Assembly: GCF_006345805.1 (NCBI RefSeq)
Contig: NC_043001.1
Location: forward strand, 42,780,001 to 42,844,000
DNA length: 64,000 nt
Reading direction: 5' to 3'
DNA from: Octopus sinensis
Lineage: Eukaryota
Positions 1-13,500 of this stretch are shown here, piece after piece; position 1 is the stretch's first letter; each line of letters starts with the position of its first letter. The notes beneath the pieces were generated by a model. The model made no database searches. It saw nothing but the letters and a program-made list of their open reading frames with translations, and had not been told where the DNA came from. The translations under genes and the position numbers were made by a program.

Positions 1-285
1 TTTAGAGAATTCTGCAAATTAAGTGAGATGTCAGACCTTACATACAGGAAAATATCATGTTAGAATTCATCAGTAAGTCAGAGAAAGTGGATATCAAGGA
101 AGTTTTCATCTCATGACTGATGATGAAATAGCTGAAATATTTTCCAAACAAGGCAATCTTAATGGTGACAAAATGGTTAACAGAGGGAAAGGTGCCCATA
201 GATAACATAGTGAAAATGTGAGATGAACTTATTGAAGACTAGAGTAGCTGGCAGACATTACAGAACAAGAAATCATGGCAATATA

Positions 286-1196
286 CAGGGTGTCCATAAA
301 GTCTCTTTACGATTTAAAAAAATTATTACAAAGGCAGTTGATGAAATAGTTTAACCAGATTTGTTTTATTTTAATAATTGTTTATTAAATTTTTTATTGA
401 TATTAAATTTTTGTGTTTCACATACTCTGTTGATGGAAGGGAACTGATTCACTGAACTCCTATAAAATGAGGATGAAGCATTCCTCAAGCGAGTTTGTTT
501 TAGTGATGAGGTCACTTTCATATGTTTCAGGGAAATTAGACACAATGTGAGAATCTAGGGATCAGAACACTCCCCTGTGACTAGGGAGCTTCAACAGGAT
601 AGTCCAAAAGTGAATGTGTGATGTGGAATCATGTGCAATCGAATAATTGGTCCATTTTCCTTCAACAAGGCAACAATTACTGCAGATGTTTACCTCGACC
701 TTCTGACCAAATATGTAGCACCACAACTGATTGATTTACAACCGACCATCATTCTCCAGCAAGATGGTGTACCACCACATTGGGGATGGTATGTTCGTCA
801 GTTCCTCAATCAAACATTTCTAGACCGATGGATTGGAAGGGATGGGTCAATTCCATGGCCACCAAGTTCGCCAATTATCACTCCCTTGGACTTCTTTTTA
901 TGGGGTTATGTAAAACATATCGTGTATCAAAGATATGGGACATTGCTGACTTGAAACAAAGGATTCAAGATGCCATTGCCACCTTTGATGAGGCTATCCT
1001 ACAGCGAACATGGCAAGAAATCAAGTACCGTCTTGATGTGCTTTATGCAACTAATGGTGCCCATATTGGTCTATTAAATAACAGTTAAAAAAACTTTAAT
1101 AAACAATTATTACAATAAAACAAATCTGGTTATGCTATCTTGTCAACTGCCTTTGTAATAAAATTTTAAAATTGTAGAGACTTTATGGACACCCTG
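286..1196 (+). mobile_element. Tc1/mariner DD41D (rosa/Visitor-type) element, internally deleted and decayed
   Basis: ~110-bp imperfect TIRs starting CAGGGTGTCCATAAAGTCTCT, TA on both flanks. Transposase remnant FSDE...QQDG-41aa-TPLDFFLWGYVK. Confidence 0.88.
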
Positions 1197-1263
1197 TATA
1201 TTAAAAAAAAATATCAACAAAACACTTGTTAATGATGCAGCTGTCACTGGAATAATCATTTAA

Positions 1264-1450
1264 CCTAACCATATCCAGTCCAAATATGTTCAAACTAGCC
1301 AGATTTGTCCTCTCACACCTACCCTACAATGTAATTCTAAAAACAATCATACCATTGAAATCCCAAAGCTATGAAATAATGCATGATTAATTCAAAACAA
1401 TGTGAATGCATAACCATTGCATTTGTCAGGTTAATATGAACGCTAAAGGG
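1264..1450. mobile_element. TTAA-flanked MITE (piggyBac-type), partial left end
   Basis: Same family as 7363-7578; ends ...GCTAAAGGG|TTAA. Confidence 0.75.
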
Positions 1451-4400
1451 TTAAAAGTGATTGAACAGAGTACTACCTCATCGTTGAGTCTACTTCAGGT
1501 TTCTCAACTGTTTCTGATATTTATCTTTGGTAAAAATAAAACATTTTTATATGAAATCACCTATATTTATAATGCCCTGGATGCATGTAATGTGACTATC
1601 AGTATAAATGAAATTATTTTCATTACATTTATATTATTGTTTTACTGTCCACTTATACATGTCCGTATAGGTTGGACAGAATTTGTTGAGGCAAATTCTT
1701 CAGCTGGTTCTTCCTGTGACCAACTCTCACTGATTTCCAAGTATGGAAATATTTACTCATAACGAGTCAGGATTTCATGAAAGATTGGAAACAGACATGG
1801 CTTGCATGAAGGTTATACTTATTTAATAAAACATCCTGCATGGTATAAGCAGTATGATGAAGTAAATGAACATGCTTAAGGCTAGGTTCCATTACCAAAT
1901 CTCCCTATATATATATATATATATATATGCATAGGTAGAATAATTCAGAAAAAAAAAAAAAATCCAAAACATTTCTGATGCCAATTGCTGATAAGCTGGT
2001 GCATCAAACAAAATGTGTTGTTTGTTCTGCTTGAGTCGTACAGACACTCCCATGTCATTGAAAATGCAGCAAAGCAAAAAATTGGCTCCCTGGAAACCAA
2101 TAACTGTCACCTTAGCTATTCACAAAATATGAAAGAAAAAAGAATCAAATTATTACTTTGATCAGTTACAGTAATCAAAGCAAGAAAAAAATGATAAACT
2201 GATAATTTGAATTATCAGTCAAATTTTCATTCCAGGTTAAAATTATTTCACTTCATTCATTTACTCCAAAATATCCTCTATATTTAATTATGAAGCTGTC
2301 GTGCTAAGCAATAGAAAAATCAATATATTTTAGATTTAGCAGTCTATAAAATTGATTCAAAGCATTATCAGCCAAATAAAAGTATAAGCTTGTAAAATAG
2401 AATGTTTATATATCTTAAAACAGTCATAGATTTTCTTTTAAAAATTCCCTTAAGTATTCATTTTATAAACAGACAATCCCTTCAAAACGTTTGATGTATC
2501 AAGTTGGTATCCTAGTATTCAATTTTCTTTTTGTAAGTAATGGCATGCAGAATGGAGAAAATAAATAAACTAGGATATGATGGGATTTACTACTCAATCC
2601 AAGCTTATTTTGTAACAGAGTTTATTCAGTAAGAAAAATTATGAAATTAAGGCAGAGAGAGAGAGGGAGAAATATTTCTATCTTTACACAGATATGAAAT
2701 GCTTTTGACACTTTACTACTTTTGAATAAATACTTTTATAACCATGATATAAAGAATGTCGAATTTAGACGAAGATTGATTCATTTAAATAACTTGAGTC
2801 TCACTGTCTTTGTAATCAACATAATTTTCAAACTCCAAAATTGAATATGTAGTAAATGAAATGGGTTGAAGTACATTAAGACCCTTCGATATATTGACAT
2901 CCAAAGAACATAACATTTGTCAAACAACTAGCTAAGCTTGAAGAATATTAACAGCAGGTTGCCCCCTCCCCATATTTTTATATCCCACTGAATATTTTAC
3001 ATTGACTGCTAATTAAAGATAGACAAACCTTTTAGTATATCTAGAAATGTTCATATTTATTGATTAAAATTTTTCCACAAAGGGCAAACCCCTTAGTATT
3101 GAGATGTCGTGATCAAGCAATGCATATAACATGAATGTAGTAAGGAACACAGATATGGCATCAATATTCTGGGATTGTGTCAAAAGCACAAAATAATAGA
3201 GGAATCAAATTTCTTATAACAAAAACATGTGTTGATTTTTAAAAAGTGGGAAATGATGTAGAGTGAAACAAATTTACATTTATCTAAGTCAACAGTTTAC
3301 AAATGGAAGTAAAAAGAAAGTCATCCAGCAAATATTGGGTTTGAATTAAGTAACCATTTTAGGTGTTTGAAAATTGACTCTTATGAGTGCAAACAGATTT
3401 AGTAACATTTCAGGTTCATATTAATCAATGTACTGTCTCTGGTCACCAATACTAACTGGCTGATAGCTCTATTGTTCTCAAAATCCAATCAAAGTAAATG
3501 TATCCTACCTTCCCTCCATCTTGGTACAATAATTATTAAAAATGAATTTGCTTTAAAAATACGTGGAGACAGAATGTATTAACATTTGCTTTAAGTTGTG
3601 TAACAATAACAATATCGCTCTCTTACATAAGCATAAGACCTCATGCTTACTGGGAAGGGAAATGAGATTGTATAATGTTTGAGCCTTTCTAAAAGGCATT
3701 AATGGCTTCAATGAATTGACTTCAACTAGGGATCAAAATCAGGTCACAGACACTTTTATAACTCTTGCTGAAGTCAACAATTTCAAAAACTGCTTGGATA
3801 TTAATTAGCAGTTACAGTAAAGTAGTCAGCTGTTAATAAAATTCTTAAAACAGAAAAGTTGCTGTGGATAGTTGGCTGATTTAGTCTTAATGACTTCAAT
3901 TAGTGGCCATGATCAAGATTTTAAAGCCGATATTTTATTATAGATCTGTTAAAAACCTAATGTTCCATAAAGATAAATCTTTCATCTATACTAAGGTGAA
4001 AATCAAAAGACGATATTTTCTGAAATTTACTCCCCTCACTGTCTACTTATCATAGACTCAACTAAATCTTCTATTATAGGTTTTTTGATATCTCTGATCT
4101 GGGATCATTTTCATACAAAATAAGTTTGAATTTAACTTAATTGTCCTGATACAACTGATATATCCAGACAAACACACACACACACACACACAAAATTATA
4201 GATATACATCATATTTGAACTTACATGTATGCACATATTTTTATATGCACAAGCATACAAATATACAGAGATGCATGTATATTCTCAAACACCTATACAT
4301 AGGTTAGCTTAAATAAAAACCCAGATCAACATACATCCTTCAAGATAACATCTTAGAACATCAGTATGGCTCACCATGCACTGATGAGTTAATGAAGGTT

Positions 4401-4459
4401 TTCACAATATATGTATCTTTGCTTGTACGTTCCTGTTGGGTGATAACAACCTAAATTCC

Positions 4460-4599
4460 TTAACCTACAATAAGACCAACACCAAATCGGTATTGTGCTT
4501 TAGTGTGATTAGCATATCCACTCAAAGCAAAGGTAAATGGAAATGGCAGCAGTTTCTTCTCCAACATTGCCCCTACACACCAGTTAGTATCCAGTTGTC
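4460..4599 (-). CDS. TOMM40: TOMM40 last coding exon 7
   Basis: ttccag|(G)QLDTNWCVGAMLEKK...YRFGVGLIVG TAA. Confidence 0.96.
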
Positions 4600-7500
4600 C
4601 TGGAAAAGAAAAGGGTATAAAATATATTAATAAGTAATGATTTATTTTATCAATACATTTTCTGTAAATCTATGGCTATCATTGAAGATATAACCTAGAG
4701 AGAAGAGACCTAGAATTAGAAGTATTTTTGATGCCAATGAGAGTAGCAGCAAAAATGAAAATGCAGACGTGAGGAGGATGTGTGTTATAAAGTGAGACCT
4801 AGAATTAGTCTGTTGTTTGAGCTCTAAGATCATTTTGCAAAGTTACTCTAGCCATACATCAACATCAAAATGAAAATCAAATGGAAATTGTAGTTGTGAT
4901 ACCCGTGCTGGTGGCACGTAAAAAGTACCATCTGAATGTAGCCGATGCCAGCGCCACCATGACTGGCTTCTGTGCCGGTGGCATGTAAAAAGCACCAACA
5001 GATCATGGCCATTGCCACCCTCTTCTGGCCCCTGTGCCAGTGGTACGTAAAAAGCACCCACTACACTCACGAAGTGGTTAGCATTAGGAAGGGCATCCAG
5101 CTGTAGGAACACTGCTAGATCAAACTGGAGCCTGGTGCAGCCTCCTGGCTTCCCAGACCCCGGTGGAACTGTCTAACCCATGCTAGCATGGAAAACGGAC
5201 ATTAAACAATGATGATGATGATCATTATCCTACATGTGGAGTGGAATATGAGATAGATTTGGTTCCTCCCTCAGTCTGCAGCATGTCCTGATCTATTGCT
5301 AATTTAGGATACAGGTTTGGAGACATCCTGTGTATTTTTATAGAAACTGAAGAAAACCTTCTTAGAAATGGTTACACAAAGTGTTCTATTTTAAGTACAA
5401 CAGTGAGATATTACTAGCAACACAGATGCATCTTTGCTTATCTTATTATATTGTAATGAACCTAGCTCATTTATAAAACCAACACTAATTCAGCATTGTG
5501 TGTTAATATGATTAACATATCTATTCAAAACAAAGGTGAAAAAAAATTACAACAGAGATTTAAAAAAATAAAGTAAATGAGATTGATCAAGATGCAGCTA
5601 AAATTGTCAACGTTGGGAAACTGGATTTCAGGCTAGTCATGAAGTCATGAATGTAAAACAAGTATGGCATCAAGAGTAGAACGTAATAGAATTTTTGAGA
5701 TTTTGAAGAGCACAGAATGAATGACATTATTAGTGTTGATACATACATTAGAAATTAAAAAAACGAATAGTCAAATGAGTATTATCTATTTGATTAAAAT
5801 TTGAAATTACTTGAGAGCAGGCAAGCTGATAAAGTAGCCATTTACAAGAGATATTGGTTAATGTAGATGCAATAAATGTATTTACATCAGAATATGTAAA
5901 GTTGAAGACAAACAAAAATATGATGAATTGTTGGTAAATTAAGTCAGAAACAGGTCACAGAAGTTAGATTAAATCATAGTAAGGAATAGCTACAGAAAGG
6001 CTATTCTAAAACATTCTGTGTCTATTTTCCATGCCAGCATGGGCTGTACAGCATGTCTTGTACCTACAGTCCGTTTTTGGAATGGCTTTTATTTCTGGAT
6101 GCCCTTCCTAATGTATTGGTTGCATGTTCTTATGATACTAAACAGTCTCCTCTACGTTACATTGTCTCTATTCATTCACATGTATAGGATGCATTTTATT
6201 ATAGTAGGAGTATTAGAGAGGTTGCCATGTTCACACGACTAGATGGTGCTCTCTACATCATCTCCAATCTTTTATGGCAATTGTGACCAAGAGGCTGGAT
6301 AAAAGAGAGTGATGACCAAAAGGACAAAAGAGTGTGATGGAGAAAACCTTTTCTATTTCAAGCAGACATGAAATATTGCTAGATAACAACAAATTAGAAT
6401 AATCATACAACCTCTTTCTTTCTTTTTTGTAAACAAGTTAACCTTCTGACTAAAAATTTAAAATTCAAACTTACCCCTAAATGTCATTCCAGCATTCGGA
6501 ATTTCATATTGGTATCCTACTGTTGTAGCACTTTCTTGTAAACTTGATTCCATTTCAACAGCTATTTCAAGGTTTTCCATGACCTCCTGATGAAATCCTA
6601 AGTGAATACCTCCAGCAGCAGGACTACAGTTAGCAGAAAGCTGCCATTTATCTCCTGAAATAAAATAAGAAATAAATTAGATAGAATTTCAAGAGGAAAA
6701 TATGTATAGTCAGTTTAACCTCTTATATCTTCTATATTTTGCAACATCTTGTGTTCCAAAACAGTTATACTTATTAAATATAACTGGTTCTACTTATCTA
6801 GAGAGAGAGAATTAGTTCTTGTTTAAGCAGAATATATCTTCAAGCTCGAGACATATAGTTTAAGTTACATGGTGAATACAGCATCCTTGTGACAAAGGCA
6901 AATTATGCCAAAAAATAACGAAATTGACAGAATGGCAGCAATTTGTAGGAAAAATGGTATGGTTAATTGAATGAATCAATTCCAGTAAATGACTGATACC
7001 TATTTGATAGGATGAAAGACAAACTGTACCTAGAACAAATCCTTTCCCTATTTTTTAACAAATTAATATCACCTAAATTGAAGTTACCATTACTCTGTCA
7101 TCCAATTATTTTCTAGTTCCTCAATTTGGTTAATACTGAGTGGTCACCAAATCAAATATACTAGACACATTATTGCAGGAGAAACTAAATGCTGATAATG
7201 AGTAAATAGAATATATCTAACAAACAGTAATTGGATGGTAGAGAAATAGCATTTATGCACTAATATTAGAGTAAAAATTGTCTTCTCCAGCATCACAAAA
7301 CACAATTAGGCTATATTCTAACTACAAAGTAAATAATGAAAAAATAATACTGAAAATATTAACCCTTTAGCATTTAAACTGGCCATATCTAGCCAAAATA
7401 TTCTACTTGCTTTATACTGAAACTGGACAGACCTGGCCTCTCACACCCACCTCACAATGTTATTCTAAAAACAATCACATCATTGAAATCTCAAAGCTAT

Positions 7501-10500
7501 GAGATAGTAGATGATTAATTCAAAACATTGTGAATAAATAAGCATTACATTTGACAAAGGAATCTGAATGCTAAAGGGTTAAAGTTTACTATTGCCGTTA
7601 CCTGAATATTTCCCAGCTAATGAAAGTATAGCCATTTCATTCCCAGGGACGGTATTACCATACTGATATAATACCTCAGCACCAAGCATTAATGAAGAGC
7701 TAACTTTCTGTAAGTACTGAGCAACTGCAATACCTGTAAAACAATTTTAAACAATTAGAAATGTATATACAAAGTGATAGGTAGAAAAAAAAGGACACAA
7801 AAGCTATAAAATACATTTCATTTATACATAGTCTAATATAATAGCTATTTTGCTACACCATATAAACTGCCAAGACTCTTTGCAAGTACTATATCTACAA
7901 TTTTCAAAATTTATTGTGTATAATATATTTATCATCACCATTTTGACATGGTAAAATAGATTTAACAGTTTTGCAAGATGGCTATCACAATTTGTTTCAA
8001 ACTTGGATTATATCATCTGTGATGCCCAACATTTCTGAATCAGATCTCATCATTTTATCTTGTGTTTTCTTTGGTCTTATTTTGCCACAGTCAAGTACAC
8101 AAAACCTTCACTCATCATCATTATCATCGTTTAACGTCCGCTTTCCATGCTAGCATGGGTTGGACGATTTTGACTGAGGGCTGGCGAACCAGATGGCTGC
8201 ACCAGGCTCCAATCTTGATTTGGCAGATTTTCTACAGCTTGATGCTCTTCCTAACGCCAACCACTCCGAGAGCGCAGTGGGTGCTTTTTATGTGCCACCA
8301 GCACGGGGGCCAGTAAGGCGGTACTGTCAACAACCTCGCTCGAATCTTTTTACACATGCCACCAGCACAGGTGTCAGTAAGGTGACGTTGGTAACGATCA
8401 CACTCAAATGGTGCCCTTTTACGTGCCACCGGCACTCATGAAATAGAATTCATAGTAAAGCAGCTATCAGTCAATGTTTTTAATGCATAATCATTTTCTC
8501 ATTTCATTTGCACTCTGCTGTGTAAGTTAAAGTAGCACATCAAATGGAGCATGCTCAACTTATATTTTTCTCTTTTATCTACAGGTCTTCCACAGTTGAT
8601 GCTTTGACTGATATTGACAAAGATATGATGAAGAGTAGAGCATAAAACGTTGGTGAATGTTTATACAGTAAATTCCTCCAGCCTTATTTTTTGTATCTGT
8701 TTATAGCTTTAACAATTTTTGCAACCATGCACTTCTAGGTTCAATTCCACTGTACAAGACCTTTGGTAAATGTCATCTACCAGTCTTAAGAAAAAAATTT
8801 GGAGAACAGAAACTATGCAGAGACCTACACGTGTATGTATATATATAGATATATATACACACACACACACGTGTAGGTTTGCACAAATATATATATATAT
8901 TTCTGTGTGAGTTAGAGGTTGGGAAACCAACTAAGGGATAGTACCTATCCAATTATTCACAGACAAGTGTTAATTATTGCATGGCTATCTCGCAATTGAG
9001 TATTATATCCGAGTGGGGGTAAAAGATTTATATGGCAAGTAAGAAAACAGAGAGGGTATTAAGTCGACAGACATCAGCCAGTAAGCATTCAAGTGTGTCC
9101 ATTTATTCAATTGTAACAATTGAATAAATAGACAGACTTGAATGTTTACTTGCTGACGTCTGTCGACCTTATATCCTCTCTGTTTTCTTATTTGCCATAT
9201 ATATATGTCAGTGTGTACATATCTTTTTCCTATGTATATCAGCAAATGATATATATACTGCTGAGAAAACTAATAGACTAGACCAATGAGAAAAAAAAAA
9301 AAAATAATGTAGTAATTAATTGAGTTACATAGATACGCCTTTATCACTTTTACAACTGGAAACAGTGAAATAGCGACTGATCTGCTGGAACAATTACTAG
9401 TTCACTGCATTTCCACAAATAACACAATGTAAGATAAATGAAAATTTGTCTAATCTGTGGGTACAGAAATGGAATTATAACAAAAGATATCTCAATTCCA
9501 ATTTGAAACTTGTCATGATATATTCAAATGAAAAAGTGAAAATGTTTATCAAGTACAAATCTGCTCACTTGGCCTGACAAAAATACAAACTCTGATGAAA
9601 CAAAGCACAAAAAATTGGTAGCTGATAACTCAAATGTGTCCTAAAGGGTAGCAACAATTAGCATTAGTATCACTAGATACCACTACTTTCCATGCTACGA
9701 CTAACTGATTTTGAATGTATTGTAGTTTTTAGCTATTAGTTTCTTTTCCTTTGGATAATTTGTAAGACAATTGTATCTAAAAAGCTTTTGCTGATTAGAC
9801 AAGAGTTGGTTTTTATATATTAAAGTTCCAAATGAAATATTTTGAAAAATTAAATTATTGCTCATAAATCTATAAAAATGAAAAATAAATACATTACATT
9901 ACCAGATATTAAATACTTACCAGATTCATTAACAATATCTATATTTCCAAGAGTACAAGAACCAGTGAAATTATTGCCTTTATAATCCACAGCGCATTGT
10001 GTGGCCAGCCACTTGCTGTTCTGGATCTAAATAAAGAAAGTAACATCATTTCATTTTCTTTATTTCAGCACAACAAAACCCTCAAAAGCAAACCTCTATT
10101 ACTCTTCATTAAAACAATAAATAAATAGAGAACTGACACTTACTTGGGCAACAAATTTTCCTCGAAGTCTTTCAGTAAATTGATGTATAATGTTTGCGTT
10201 CATATTACCAGAAGCATCAGTATCACCAATAAGAACAGGGTAAGCCTATAAAAGGAAACAAGAACACTGAATCAAAAAGGCTGAAAATAAGTTTTAAATG
10301 ATACAATGCTTCCTTTAAAAAAATTACTATTGCCTTATGCATCTCACCCCCCCCCAAAAAAAAAACAACATTTTATATATATATAGAAAACAAATGTATG
10401 ACAGGACATTTAGCTATAAAATCATAGCAACACAAACCTTAGCACAGATTATTTGTATGTTCAAACATAATCAAAAGGAATATAAACGTTTCATGCCAAT

Positions 10501-13500
10501 AAATTTATATTCATAACATCTGGTGTTAAATGTAGATGTATTCATATAAAAACAACCAATGTAAGACAAAAAGGACGAATTTGTAAAAGTCTTCTGCTAT
10601 GAAATTTAACATGGAAATGCAGCCATTGATGGTCAATGAACAAAAAGCATTGTGTTATAGTCTCCATATTTGGCTGATTTAATGTTAAAAAGATAAATTG
10701 CCATTTAAAGCATCTTCAACAAAACTGAATCAAAATCTCCAGTCTGATGTGCAAAGTAATAATATTACATCAATGTAACTCCTTACACTGTATCTTTAGG
10801 ATACAATACATACAATGAAAAGAAAGCATCTTCATAGATGTAACCTCTTTACCTCTTGAGCACTGTACATTTTGGTACCAACATATGTTCCTCCAAACCG
10901 ATATCCAGTTGACTGGAATGTACTCATAGACAAAGTATGGCTGATTTGAAAATGACTGCTTAAACCTTTGGAAATAATCAGCTTCCCACCTTCGAACACT
11001 TGAGGAAATACATCTGAAGTATAAGAACACATTTATGTACTAATGAACAAGCATATATACTAATGCAAGAAAACAATAAAGGGTCATAAACTGTTAACTA
11101 ATGGCTGATCTTTCACAAATTAAAATGAGAAAGAAACTTTATAAACTTGATTACTTACAGTGATCAAATGGATAAAAAAAAAAGATCCCTCTCCTGACAA
11201 TACTACAAAATTCTTTCTTCACAAAAAGAATTTAGATTCTAATCCTAATACAATTACCTTTAAAATGCCCAAAAGGAAAACATTTTAATATGTCAATGCA
11301 ACTGAAGAATTAGTATCGAGAGGAAATATATATTAATTACACAAGTAATTTAGTCAAGACATCACCTGAAATAAATTACCCTTTCTAATTGACTGTAACA
11401 AATTATTATTATTAAGGAAACAGTGTACTAAAAACCATAAACTAAATACCTTGTGATATTTAGCTTGATCTCTCACATTTTTACTTCAAATTTCATCAAG
11501 TTTGATTTGTCTTTCATTCTCTAAGGTCCATAAAAATACATTCCAATAAATACTGATCCATGTGACATATATCCTTTTCCAAAAACTCATTATTATAAAC
11601 ACAACTCACATTACAGCATGTTTTAGGATTAAAAATTCTCCAGTAAACAAAAATAAGCCTGCTCCTACAGTACCGAAAAATACTACAATAATCATCTATT
11701 ATTTACTGAGAACAAATATAGTCAAGGGAAATGGTCGCCAACTTCATATTATGCTCATCTAATTTATTTCTGTAGCACCATCATAGATTAATTGCAACTA
11801 CATCACAAAAACAAAGCATTTATAGTACCTTGCAAAAATAACTTCTATGCACATAAAATTTCAAAAATATATAAATGTGCAGGAAGAGGTACTGTAGGTC
11901 CTGCCAAAAATTGTATTTAATAATTTGTACTTTATTTTCAAAAGTAATTCTTAAAATACAAAATATGTTAAAAAAAACATTTTATGATTGGTACTTTATT
12001 CAAGTGAGACATATCTGAAGCAAACATGCATATCTGGTTATAGCCTTGTAAGTGATAAATGAACATCACCTCTCCTTACAGCAACAAATTGGATGTGAGC
12101 TTTTAATAGTAAGTATTCCACTTAGATAAAGCTAAATTCAATGAGAACTGATTTCTTAACGAAAACAGTAACATACAAATTCACTTTCTCCCTGATCAGA
12201 GGAAACTTAACAAATTCAAAATTTTTTCATAAATTCTTTACCTTGTCGGACTTTCACTTGAGTTTTTTTTTTTATCGCTATAACTCAATGAGACTTCTAC
12301 GTGATGTAACATCAATATCATCTATTTATCACAAATGGATTCACCCACTAACCAAAACTGCTTATCCCTAGCAAGCTACTAAACATACATATATTAATTT
12401 CTATAATATCAATCTTAATTTTATTTCAATTTAGTGAGGCAAATTTCCAAAGACTGACATTTGAATATAGCTTATATTATCACTGAAACTAAACATTGTT
12501 TATAAATGACAATAAATGACCCCATAATATTTATCTCAAAGTTGCACCCATACTTTAATTGCCATCATATATGTAATTCTTGGTCGTATATCAATTTTAC
12601 CTTGTTAAATGGTGGCAGGATAAAAACATTAAAAAATCAGAGTTGGAAAGAAACAGAATTAAAACACACCAGTTTAATGGAGATTAGTGACTAACTTGGC
12701 AACATTCAGTTGCCTTTTGCTCAAGTGTTGCTAAATGATTTCCACAAATATTGTTAAATACTGTTGCTTCTTACAAAAAGTAGTACTGTCCTGACTAAAC
12801 TGGTCTACTCTTTTACTTGTTTCAGTCATTTGACTGTGGCCATGCTGGAGCACCGCCTTTTAGTCGAACAAATCGACTCCAGGACTTATTCTTTGTAAGC
12901 CTAGTACTTATTCTATCAGTCTCTTTTGCCGAACCGCTAAGTTACGGAGACGTAAACACACCAGCATCGGTTGTCAAGCGATGTGGGGGGGGGACAAACA
13001 GACACACACATATATATACATATATACGACGGGCTTCTTTCAGTTTCCGTCGACCAAATCCACTCACAAGGCTTTGGTCAACCCGAGGCTATAGTAGAAG
13101 ACACTTGCCCAAGGTGCCACGCAGTGGGACTGAACCCGGAACCATGTGGTTGGTAAGCAAGCTACTTACTACACAGCCACTCCTGTGCAATAAACTTCAT
13201 TTTATCTATGTCTGTCTAGTATTTTAATAGCTAGATAGTATATAGTAGTAAACCACAATGATATTCAATATTTATGCTACAATGAATGAAATATGAGGAT
13301 TATGACAAACGGATCTGGGAGTTACATTATGTGTAAGCCCTAAATAAAGGAGTTATTTATTTTGCGTTACCTCTAAAATTCTATTATAGACGATGATTCC
13401 TAATTGAGAATGTTTTAGGGTACTATTAAGACATTGTCCAAAGATTTTAACCCAGAACGGTTTTTCTTCCGTCTATATTTTCCACCTTCAATGTGCCAAC

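Noticed and set aside
1-285. Tigger/pogo-like C-terminal remnant (LMTDDEIAEIF) interrupted by the DD41D element
   Set aside because: Too short and decayed to support a call.
1892-2110. Possible extra TOMM40 or other exon (72-aa minus ORF after an AG)
   Set aside because: TOMM40 already ends at 4460 with its canonical C-terminus; the peptide resembles nothing I recognise and runs into poly-T/(TA)n.
13100-13188. tRNA gene
   Set aside because: A and B boxes are present, but they form the head of a SINE continuing into CORE-like and microsatellite sequence; no complete cloverleaf.
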